From NCBI RefSeq assembly GCF_001997385.1, contig NZ_CP019633.1, positions 2,310,001 to 2,342,000 of the forward strand: a DNA stretch of 32,000 bases. Reading direction: 5' to 3'. The position numbers and the translations under genes are program-made. A model generated the notes under the pieces. The model worked only from the letters and a program-made list of their open reading frames with translations. It ran no database searches and was not told the DNA's origin. Below, piece after piece: positions 24,275-32,000 of this stretch. Position 1 is the stretch's first letter. The number at the start of each line of letters is the position of its first letter. This stretch comes from Sedimentisphaera cyanobacteriorum. GTDB taxonomy: Bacteria; Planctomycetota; Phycisphaerae; Sedimentisphaerales; Sedimentisphaeraceae.

Positions 24275-24549
24275 AATAGCAAATCGAATTTGAGTATTCA
24301 ACAAAAATTGCGATTTTCAGCGCCGATTTAGAAAAAAAATAAAAAAAGAACTTCTCTCAAGCTATAAATATAAGATGAAACTTTTTCTAAGGGAAGCATA
24401 TGAGCACAAAAATAGCAAATCGAATTTGAGTATTCAACAAAAATTGCGATTTTCAGCGCCGATTTAGAAAAAAAATAAAAAAAGAACTTCTCTCAAGCTA
24501 TAAATATAAGATGAAACTTTTTCTAAGGGAAGCATATGAGCACAAAAAT
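24275..24549 (+). repeat. Perfect 136-bp tandem duplication (2.02 copies) spanning the 5' region, RBS and first 4 codons of the downstream hydrolase gene
   Basis: 24275-24410 is identical base for base to 24411-24546, with 3 further matching nt. Copy 1 carries a duplicate ATG at 24400. Confidence 0.95.
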
Positions 24550-27151
24550 CTTTAAAGTTACAGCGGCAGTTTTGCTGTTATCTTTGTTTCTCAGCCCTGC
24601 TTATTCAGCCACGGGCTCTGATGCAGTTATAAATGCCGATCAGCTCGGCAGCGCAGTAATCCAGTGGGGATACGATATAAAATGGGAATGGAAGGCGAAT
24701 TATATCAACACAGGCCACGCACGCGAGGTGTTTGTGGATAATCAGTTCTCTGTTCTCAGGATTCCGATATGGGGTGGTGGTGATACAGACCGAGGGCACC
24801 CTTCTGAAGGCGTGGTCCTTGAGGATGAGTATTCAATCCAGCTTGAAGCTATCGGCAATGCATTAGCTGAAAACAGCGATGTAATCCTATTTGCGAGCAA
24901 GAAGCTCAGAGGCGACGACAGCTTCCCCGAATGGACAAAGAGCTCAGCAGGAGGCCCGATAATCCCCGAGAAATACGCAATTATGCTCGCTGATTATCTC
25001 GAGATGCTGGAAGATAACGGCTTCTTCATAGACGTATTGGGCATTGATAATGAGCGCAGATTCAACGAAGGAAATATAACCACCAGCAGATACAAGCAGA
25101 CAATAGATGAGCTGGAGGCTCTCTCTGTGAGCAGGGGCTTTGATATGCCACTCTTGATTGCTCCAGAGACATACACAGTTTCAAGTGCTGAGAATTGGCT
25201 GAGCTCGCTGAAAACGCAGGGCTGGGAAGATTATTACGATATCGCCGGCACTCACCACTATCCGAATCAATGGTACAACTCTTCTGCTTTGGGCGATTTC
25301 GCAGACACAGCCGGGGACAAGCCAAAGTGGCACAGCGAAGTGCATTGGGGAATCAATGACGGATTATTGAATGATTCAGAAAAGGCTATGAGAATCGTGT
25401 TCGACTGCTTTGACAAGGGTTTCAGCGCAATGACGTACTGGGGCTATCCTTTCGGCGATGACCACATTAAGCTGGGCACGGCTCTCACCCGCAGCACAGC
25501 CGGAGCGAGCACTGCGTTTATGGACGATATCGACGGAACATCCCTGAATCTCGGCGAGCTGATAACCCGCGCATTCCGTGAGGACAATTCGATGACTGTA
25601 TGGCTTATCAACAACTCCTCGAATGCGTATCAGGACTACGGCTTTCAGGTTCAGGCGGGAACAAAGCTTATAGACAGCGATGTTGACTATACGCTCTGGG
25701 AAAGCTCAGGCGGGAATCTGTTGGAAACTCTCGGTACGGCCCCGAAAACTTCCGGGACGCGGTTTGAAATTACTGTGCCCCAATATTCGATAATGGTATT
25801 TGAATTTGACATAAACGACGACCAGAATCCGCCGAGTCCTGACCCGGCTCAGTGGCTCGCTGCTCCGGAAACAATAGACGGAAACTCCGTTTACATGAAG
25901 GCTGCCGAAGCCCAGGACCCCAGCGGGGTGGAATATTATTTCGAGTGCACAAAGGGCAGCGGAAACGACAGCGGCTGGCAGGACAGCCCTGAATATACAG
26001 AAACAGGGCTTGATGCAGATAAGTTATACGCATATAAGGTAACTGTTAGGGATAAAGGGCCTTATCAGAACCAGACAGCAAGCTCATCGGAGAAAGCTGT
26101 AGTAACTCAGGGGATTCTTCCCGGAATGATAGAGGCCGAGAACTACGATGCGGGCGGGCAGAATGCTGGATACTACGACAATACAGCAGGCAATTCATAC
26201 TCTCAATACAGAGAGGATGATGTGGAAATTCTTTCAATCAGTGATGGGTATGCAGTGTATGCGGAGGCAGGCGAATGGCTGAGATACAGCAAAACGCTCA
26301 CCGAAGGTACCTACAAAGCTGTAATCAGGAGCACCTCCAGCTACTCTATGCAGGCTCAGCTTGAGATTGAGGGGCAGGAGCCCTCAGAGGTTACGCTTCA
26401 AGATACTGGAGGCTGGTCTAACTGGAGCGAAACAGTAATAGAGCCCTTTGAGGTTCAAAGCTCCGGCGATGGCTCGGTTCGGCTCAGTATCACCCAGGGC
26501 GAAGGGCTGATTGATTACGTGAAGATTATTCGGGTTATCCCCGGGGTAATTCAGGCAGAGAACTACGCTGTCGGCGGGCAGAATGAGGCCTACTACGACA
26601 ACAGCCCGGGCAATGCCTACGGAAAATACCGCTCTGAGGATGTGGATATACTCGCCGCAGGCGATGCGGGCGGGGGATTTGCCGTTTATGCTGAAGCGGG
26701 CGAGTGGCTCGAATACGATGCGGATGTGATGCCGGGAACTTATGATATAGTGATTAGGAGCAGCTCCTCTTATGAGCTCAGCGGAGCTCTGCAGGTGGGC
26801 AGCGGGGAAGAGCTTCCGTTCATTCTCCCTGACACCGGCGGGTGGAACAGCTGGGAGGATACGATAATCCCCGCCGCAAATATAAGTGAGCAGGGAGAAT
26901 GCAGAATAAGGCTGAGCTTCAATGAAGGCACTTTCAAGAGCGCATCAGTGAACTATATTGAATTTACCCCAGCAGCTGAGCCGGCGGATATAAACGAAGA
27001 CGGCCAAATAGACCTGCTGGATTACTCTCTGCTTGCCGGGCAGTGGGGTCTGCCTGCGGGCACGTATTCCGCTGATATAAGCCCGCAAGGCGGAGACGGG
27101 ATGGTGAATTTCGCAGACCTCTTGGAGTTTGCTCAAAGCTGGCTTGAATGA
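24536..27151 (+). CDS. Secreted glycoside hydrolase (clan GH-A-like TIM barrel, GH30-like; family not assignable by eye) - Fn3-like - CBM6 x2 - C-terminal dockerin-like domain
   Basis: Signal peptide ...SPAYS/ATG. Candidate acid/base motif GIDNERRF and nucleophile motif KWHSEVHW. CBM6 motifs ENYDAGGQNAGYYDNTAGNSYSQYREDDVEI and ENYAVGGQNEAYYDNSPGNAYGKYRSEDVDI. Dockerin repeats DINEDGQIDLLDYSLLAGQW and DGMVNFADLLEFAQSW. Confidence 0.85.
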   Translation: MSTKIFKVTAAVLLLSLFLSPAYSATGSDAVINADQLGSAVIQWGYDIKWEWKANYINTGHAREVFVDNQFSVLRIPIWGGGDTDRGHPSEGVVLEDEYSIQLEAIGNALAENSDVILFASKKLRGDDSFPEWTKSSAGGPIIPEKYAIMLADYLEMLEDNGFFIDVLGIDNERRFNEGNITTSRYKQTIDELEALSVSRGFDMPLLIAPETYTVSSAENWLSSLKTQGWEDYYDIAGTHHYPNQWYNSSALGDFADTAGDKPKWHSEVHWGINDGLLNDSEKAMRIVFDCFDKGFSAMTYWGYPFGDDHIKLGTALTRSTAGASTAFMDDIDGTSLNLGELITRAFREDNSMTVWLINNSSNAYQDYGFQVQAGTKLIDSDVDYTLWESSGGNLLETLGTAPKTSGTRFEITVPQYSIMVFEFDINDDQNPPSPDPAQWLAAPETIDGNSVYMKAAEAQDPSGVEYYFECTKGSGNDSGWQDSPEYTETGLDADKLYAYKVTVRDKGPYQNQTASSSEKAVVTQGILPGMIEAENYDAGGQNAGYYDNTAGNSYSQYREDDVEILSISDGYAVYAEAGEWLRYSKTLTEGTYKAVIRSTSSYSMQAQLEIEGQEPSEVTLQDTGGWSNWSETVIEPFEVQSSGDGSVRLSITQGEGLIDYVKIIRVIPGVIQAENYAVGGQNEAYYDNSPGNAYGKYRSEDVDILAAGDAGGGFAVYAEAGEWLEYDADVMPGTYDIVIRSSSSYELSGALQVGSGEELPFILPDTGGWNSWEDTIIPAANISEQGECRIRLSFNEGTFKSASVNYIEFTPAAEPADINEDGQIDLLDYSLLAGQWGLPAGTYSADISPQGGDGMVNFADLLEFAQSWLE

Positions 27152-27155
27152 ACAA

Positions 27156-28223
27156 CTAATGATTCGTATTCAGGAAGCGTTTGATCTCTTCTAAAACTTT
27201 CTCTGCTGAGATTGAGTTTATGCACCTTGGTTCTGGGCAGTTTTCGTGCTCGCCTGTGTATTGGCAGGGAGAGCATTTCTCTGCGGATTTGAGGATTCTG
27301 TATTTGTTCATCGGATGATTCTTCACAATGCAGGACATCCCGAACAGCCAGATTGTGTATGTGCCTGCGGCATCGCTGATATGGGCAGGCCCGCTGTCGT
27401 TGGCCACGGCAAGCTCGCTGTTTTTAAGTAGGAATGCGGTTTCCGCAAGGCTCAGCCTTCCGCGCAGGTCTAAAACATTCGCCTTATCGAAGCCTGCTTC
27501 GATCTCATCGCTTTCAAGCCCCGCTATACATACGGTGTAATCAGGCAGCTCTTCGGTGATAAGGTTTATCAGCTCGTGGAATTTCGGCCACTTTTTCCCC
27601 TCCCATCGCTGGTCTGGTTTTGAGCAGGGAAGAAGAGTGATTATCTTTCTGCCCTGAGGAACAAGCTCAGCGGGCTTAATTCCCACGTATTCAGGCAGGA
27701 GGCCGCCTTTGTATCCAAGCCTTCGTGCGATATCAAGGTCATACTCGCGTTCGGGCTTCAAGAACCATTTATTGCAGGCGTTTTTATATGCAAGCACCTT
27801 CCCGCAGCGGGGCTCATAGAGCCATGATGGGTGTATTTTGTCCCCCCAGTACGGGATGAGGGTGTAGTCGAAGCTCAGCTCTGCAGGCGGGGTTTTATCT
27901 TTGATTATTTTGTCGGGGATATGCCAGCTGTCGAAGAGGTCGCCTTTGGATGCCATAAACGTAATCTCGGCATTCGGCATTGCAATGCGAACCGCTTGAG
28001 CAAGCGGGGTGGCAGCGATGCAGTTTCCTATGCCGCTGATGTTGGCAGCTATCAGCACTCTGGAGGGCTTTTGCGAGTTGGACAGAGCGGTAAGATGCAG
28101 CCTGCTGAAGTATATTTTTGATTTGAATCTGCAAAGGGAATCTAAAAGGCCGTCCTGAAGGGCTTTTGCCTGCTTGTCTATATGGAGAGCTCGGAATATA
28201 TCGTAAACTTTGAACTTAGCCAT
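27156..28223 (-). CDS. Glycosyltransferase family 9 (heptosyltransferase-like)
   Basis: GT9-type C-terminal motif VANDSGPAHISDAAG. The ATG overlaps the upstream gene's stop (gATGGCTAA, 8-nt overlap), which suggests translational coupling. Confidence 0.8.
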   Translation of the reverse strand: MAKFKVYDIFRALHIDKQAKALQDGLLDSLCRFKSKIYFSRLHLTALSNSQKPSRVLIAANISGIGNCIAATPLAQAVRIAMPNAEITFMASKGDLFDSWHIPDKIIKDKTPPAELSFDYTLIPYWGDKIHPSWLYEPRCGKVLAYKNACNKWFLKPEREYDLDIARRLGYKGGLLPEYVGIKPAELVPQGRKIITLLPCSKPDQRWEGKKWPKFHELINLITEELPDYTVCIAGLESDEIEAGFDKANVLDLRGRLSLAETAFLLKNSELAVANDSGPAHISDAAGTYTIWLFGMSCIVKNHPMNKYRILKSAEKCSPCQYTGEHENCPEPRCINSISAEKVLEEIKRFLNTNH

Positions 28224-30132
28224 CTTTGTTCACTTCGGCCTCAAAGGAGTATTCAGGCAGAATTTCCCGAATCGTTTGAACCACCTGCTTTTCATCCTCG
28301 CCTGTGCAGACATCTTTAAGCTTTTCAATATCCCTTTCCAAACGGGATGAATCTATGCGTTTTGTTTTCCATATTGCCACCTTCGGATGGTTGGTAGGCA
28401 GCATATTCTCGCCTTCCACAGACAGCTCCTCGAAGAGTTTCTCACCCGGGCGAACGCCTGTAAACTCAATCTTTATATCAATCTGAGGCTCGTAGCCGTT
28501 GAGCTTTATCATATCCTTTGCAAGCTCCAAAATCTTCACCGGCTCGCCCATATCCAGAAGGAATACCTCGCCCCCTTTGCCCATTGCCGCTGCCTGCATT
28601 ACTAAAAGACAAGCTTCGGGAATGGTCATAAAGTATCGGGTCATCTCCGGATGGGTAACAGTTACAGGTCCGCCGGCATCAATCTGTTTTTGGAACACAG
28701 GCACAACCGAACTGCTCGAGCCGAGGACATTCCCGAAGCGAACGGTAGTGAAATTTGTAACGGATTTTTCGTTCAGGCTCGTTGTGTACATCTCGGCGAG
28801 GCGTTTTGTAGAGCCCATAATGCTGGAAGGATTAACTGCCTTGTCACTGCTAATCAGGACAAAGTTTCCTGTCTTATGCTGGTCTGCTGCATCAGCAACG
28901 TTTTTCGTGCCCAGAACGTTGTTTTTCACGCTCTCGCCCGGATTGCTTTCCATCAGGGGTACATGCTTATGGGCAGCAGCATGGAAAACCACATCCGGCC
29001 TGTAATGCTCGAATATATGGAAAATTCTTTCTCTGTCGCAGACATCTGCTATCACAGGGCTAACCTCAATCATTTCAGAGAGGTTCTGAAGCTGACCTTC
29101 GATTTCAAAGAGCGGGTTTTCAGCCTGCTCGAGAAGAACCAGCCTCTTAGGCCCGTAGCCGGCAATCTGCCTGCAAAGCTCTGAGCCTATTGACCCGCCT
29201 GCACCGGTTACGATTACTGTTTTATTGTTTACGAAGCTGTGTATATGCTGAGTATCGAGCTTTATTTCATCTCTGCTGAGAAGATCGGAGATGTCGATCT
29301 TCCTCATCTGGCTAACCTTCACGCTTCCGGAGGTTATCTCAGCGAGGATCGGGATTATCCTGCAAACTGCATTGGTCTTTTCGGCAAGACGGATAATCTG
29401 CCTCCTCTGGTCGTGCTTGGCAGAGGGCAGGGCAATCGCAATCTCCTGAACCTCGTATTCCTCGCAGATATCGGGGATCTGTTCTGATGTCCCGAGAACC
29501 TCAAAGCCGTTTATAATGCTCTTGAGCTTGTCGGGGTTGTCGTCAACGAAGCCTATTATCTTGTATTTATTCAGGAAGAATTTTTTAATCTCCCTTGAGA
29601 GCATTTCGCCTGCATCGCCTGCGCCGGCAATAAGAAGATTCTTTCTGTCTGTGGAGCTCAGGGCGAGACTGTCTTCAATATTCAGCCTTGCAGACACCCT
29701 CAGCCCCGAGAGGGCGAAAATCGTAAGCACCATATCGAGGATTAAAATGCTCTCGGGCACTTCCCTGAAAATAGCCTGCTCAGGCGCGCGCATTGTGTAC
29801 ATCATTGTATGCCATATCCCGATGATGGCTGCTGCGCTGAAAAATGCGGACGTGCATATCCCCACAAGGTCTGAGATGTTTACATACTTCCAGAGGCTGC
29901 TGTACTGCCGGAAGAGCCCGAAGATTAAAACCTTTACGGGCAGAATGATAATCAGGGGAGGGAGGAACAGATCTATAATCCAGTCTCGCTGGATTTTCAT
30001 ATTGTTGAATATCCCGCAGGCTACGAAATATGCCAAAGTGAATACTATAATGTGTATTACAATCAGGCTGATCTTTCTGTATTTATGGGAGGTAAGAAGC
30101 TTTACCGGAATATTCAGCAGCCTTGTTCGCAT
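28216..30132 (-). CDS. Membrane-bound nucleotide-sugar 4,6-dehydratase/epimerase of the CapD/WbpM/PglF family
   Basis: The N-terminal region has about 4 hydrophobic helices. Rossmann motifs LIAGAGDAGE and VTGAGGSIGSEL are present. Length is 638 aa, typical of the family. Confidence 0.9.
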   Translation of the reverse strand: MRTRLLNIPVKLLTSHKYRKISLIVIHIIVFTLAYFVACGIFNNMKIQRDWIIDLFLPPLIIILPVKVLIFGLFRQYSSLWKYVNISDLVGICTSAFFSAAAIIGIWHTMMYTMRAPEQAIFREVPESILILDMVLTIFALSGLRVSARLNIEDSLALSSTDRKNLLIAGAGDAGEMLSREIKKFFLNKYKIIGFVDDNPDKLKSIINGFEVLGTSEQIPDICEEYEVQEIAIALPSAKHDQRRQIIRLAEKTNAVCRIIPILAEITSGSVKVSQMRKIDISDLLSRDEIKLDTQHIHSFVNNKTVIVTGAGGSIGSELCRQIAGYGPKRLVLLEQAENPLFEIEGQLQNLSEMIEVSPVIADVCDRERIFHIFEHYRPDVVFHAAAHKHVPLMESNPGESVKNNVLGTKNVADAADQHKTGNFVLISSDKAVNPSSIMGSTKRLAEMYTTSLNEKSVTNFTTVRFGNVLGSSSSVVPVFQKQIDAGGPVTVTHPEMTRYFMTIPEACLLVMQAAAMGKGGEVFLLDMGEPVKILELAKDMIKLNGYEPQIDIKIEFTGVRPGEKLFEELSVEGENMLPTNHPKVAIWKTKRIDSSRLERDIEKLKDVCTGEDEKQVVQTIREILPEYSFEAEVNKDG

Positions 30133-30160
30133 TTTTTTCTGTTCAAATTAGTGTTAAATC

Positions 30161-30200
30161 AAAAGTGAAAGCCCGCCTGAGCATCTCGCTGCCGGCGGGC
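30161..30200 (-). terminator. Rho-independent terminator candidate after lysC
   Basis: The minus strand reads GCCCGCC-(16-nt loop)-GGCGGGC followed by TTTCACTTTTGATTT. It starts 9 nt after the lysC stop. Confidence 0.5.
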
Positions 30201-30208
30201 ATAATGGA

Positions 30209-31444
30209 TTACATATCTCTCTCTTCCGGCTCTTTATCGAGCTGGAAAGTATCGCAGATAACCTCAAGAGCCTTGTCAGACTGCTGCTTATCTACGAGGC
30301 AGCTTATTCTTATCTCGCTTGTTGTGATAGAATCGATGTTGATTTTATTCTCCGCAAGCGCCTTAAACATACGGTCTGCAACGCCGTAATGGGTTCTCAT
30401 TCCAATACCCACAGCGCTTACCTCAGCGATGTCTTCTCTTATGAAAAGATCTCTGTATTGGATTTCATTTTTGATTGCTTTTATTGTTTTCAATGCGTCT
30501 GCAAGGTCGTTCTTTGAGATAGTGAACGAGAGGTTTGCAGAGTTGTCATCAAGCTCTGTCTGTATAATATCGTTCACGCTGATTTTCGTGCCTGCAAGGG
30601 CAGAGAACACCTTCGCTGCATTTCCCGGACTGTGCGGGATTCCGATTATCGTAATTTTTGCAAGGTCAGACTGGACCGTTGCACCTGATACTAATATACC
30701 TTCCATTTGAGGCACCTCTTCAGTAATTAAAGTTCCCTCGATATCCAGAGTGCTGCTTCTCACCTGAATTTCTACGCCGTATTTCTTGCCGAATTCGATA
30801 GCTCTTCCGTGCATAACTCCCGCTCCGAGACTTGCAAGTTCGAGCATTTCATCATAGCTTACCTGATTAATCTTCACTGCTTTGGAGTATTTGCGGGGGT
30901 CTGTTGTGTAGATCCCGTCAACGTCGGTGTATATCTCGCACTGCTTGGCCTTCAAAGCAGCTGCTATCGCCACAGCGCTTGTGTCAGACCCGCCTCTTCC
31001 GAGCGTTGTTACATTGCCTTTCTCATCAATCCCCTGAAAACCCGCTGCTATTACAATATAGCCATCATCGAGTTTTTCGTGGATGATCTCCGAGCCGATG
31101 CTTTCTATCCTCGCCTTGCTGTGTACGCTGTCGGTAATCATCTGGATCTGATGTCCTGTAAAGCTGAGAGCCTTGTAACCCATATTCTGGATTGCAATAG
31201 CCATCAGGGATACTGTCTGCTGTTCGCCGGTACTGAGAAGCTGATCCATCTCCCGCTTGGGCGGGTCAGGATTTAGCTCGTATGCATCAGCCACAAGCTC
31301 ATCGGTCTGTTTGCCCCTTGCCGAGGCAACCACGACTACTTTATGCCCCTGCTTGTACTTGGCGACAGCCCGCTTCGCTGCGTTTCTGATCTTTTCAGAA
31401 TTTGCAACTGAAGTGCCGCCGAATTTTTGAACAATGATTGACAT
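30209..31444 (-). CDS. lysC: Aspartate kinase
   Basis: N-terminus MSIIVQKFGGTSVANSEKI. Contains GRGGSDTSAVAIAAAL. The C-terminal region is tandem ACT-like. Length 411 aa. Confidence 0.95.
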   Translation of the reverse strand: MSIIVQKFGGTSVANSEKIRNAAKRAVAKYKQGHKVVVVASARGKQTDELVADAYELNPDPPKREMDQLLSTGEQQTVSLMAIAIQNMGYKALSFTGHQIQMITDSVHSKARIESIGSEIIHEKLDDGYIVIAAGFQGIDEKGNVTTLGRGGSDTSAVAIAAALKAKQCEIYTDVDGIYTTDPRKYSKAVKINQVSYDEMLELASLGAGVMHGRAIEFGKKYGVEIQVRSSTLDIEGTLITEEVPQMEGILVSGATVQSDLAKITIIGIPHSPGNAAKVFSALAGTKISVNDIIQTELDDNSANLSFTISKNDLADALKTIKAIKNEIQYRDLFIREDIAEVSAVGIGMRTHYGVADRMFKALAENKINIDSITTSEIRISCLVDKQQSDKALEVICDTFQLDKEPEERDM

Positions 31445-31473
31445 TTGTTCCCCGTAATTTTAATAAATAATTC

Positions 31474-32000
31474 TTACATTTTTAGAAAATATTCCATCAG
31501 TTCATAGCCCCTTGCTATATGGAGGCCTGAACCGGCCGCATTCAATTCACTGAAGGCCCTGCCTTGGACATCAGGGCGTTCGATAGTTCCGCTTATCATA
31601 AACGGCACTGGCTCAGCAGTATGCCCTCTTGTGCTCACAGGCGTAGGGTGGTCCGGCATTACGAGAATCTTCCACTCATCATAGCCTTCAAGCTTCTTTG
31701 AAAGAGGTGCGATAATCCTGCTGTCTATCCTTTCAAGGGCGGTTTTCTTGAGCTCTGCATCGCCGGAATGGCCTGCCTCATCCGGCCCCTCGAGGTGCAG
31801 GAATACAATATCATTCTCGTCGAGAGCCTCGGCTGCTGCCTCCGCCTTGCCTTCGTAATTGGTGTCTGCAAGACCGGTAGCACCTTCCACATTTATAACC
31901 TCAAAGCCGATCAGCTTCGAGAGCCCCCGAACAAGGTCAACAGCCGTGATAGAAGCCCCTTTAAGGCCGTACTTGGCCTTGAAGCTTTCCATACTCGCCC
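31474..32000 (-). CDS. Archaeal-type cofactor-independent phosphoglycerate mutase family protein (ApgM-like / proposed homoserine kinase), C-terminal part; N-terminus lies beyond the window
   Basis: Family motifs LHLEGPDEAGHSGD and MPDHPTPVSTRGHTAEPVPF are present. The frame stays open past the track Met at 31992 to nt 32000. The gap to lysC is 29 bp. Confidence 0.8.
   Translation of the reverse strand, partial: ASMESFKAKYGLKGASITAVDLVRGLSKLIGFEVINVEGATGLADTNYEGKAEAAAEALDENDIVFLHLEGPDEAGHSGDAELKKTALERIDSRIIAPLSKKLEGYDEWKILVMPDHPTPVSTRGHTAEPVPFMISGTIERPDVQGRAFSELNAAGSGLHIARGYELMEYFLKM

Overview
This is a 32-kb chromosomal segment. Its gene content includes Tat-signal Cys-type sulfatases, a sugar-sensor/AraC hybrid regulator, CBM6-rich CAZymes with dockerin-like tails and a PEP-CTERM protein. 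By inference only, that fits a marine polysaccharide-degrading member of the PVC group (Planctomycetota/Phycisphaerae, Lentisphaerota or Kiritimatiellota). Layout: (1) nt 1-9719 is a PUL-like block. It holds a giant 5'-partial multidomain enzyme (CBM6, GH16, discoidin, beta-helix), a GH2, a divergent XylR/AraC-type regulator and a sulfatase. (2) nt 9858-10161 holds divergent tRNA-Ser(GCU) and tRNA-Arg(ACG), followed by about 570 bp of structured non-coding DNA. (3) A BNR/sialidase-like gene has its last codons inside a 2.8-kb composite mobile element. The element is an IS5-family copy whose transposase gene has been split after codon 11 by a 1264-bp IS3-family element with a 4-bp AGAG target duplication. 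(4) Housekeeping genes ychF-rsmG-xerD, pepD and zupT follow. (5) Next come a second sulfatase and a nearly 1-kb ORF-free region. That region contains a 300-bp inverted-repeat-bounded element and a GC-rich, helix-rich candidate RNA. (6) After these are a small membrane protein and a PEP-CTERM protein. A perfect 136-bp tandem duplication then covers the 5' region and first four codons of a CBM6/dockerin glycoside hydrolase. (7) The last block is a GT9 glycosyltransferase, a CapD-like dehydratase, lysC and a partial ApgM-type metalloenzyme. I see no recognisable defence island, CRISPR array or other multi-gene novel system. The least explained items are the non-coding structures at 22.37-22.86 kb, the tandem duplication at 24.3-24.5 kb and the architecture of the first ORF. 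All family calls come from motif recognition by eye; no database searches were run.
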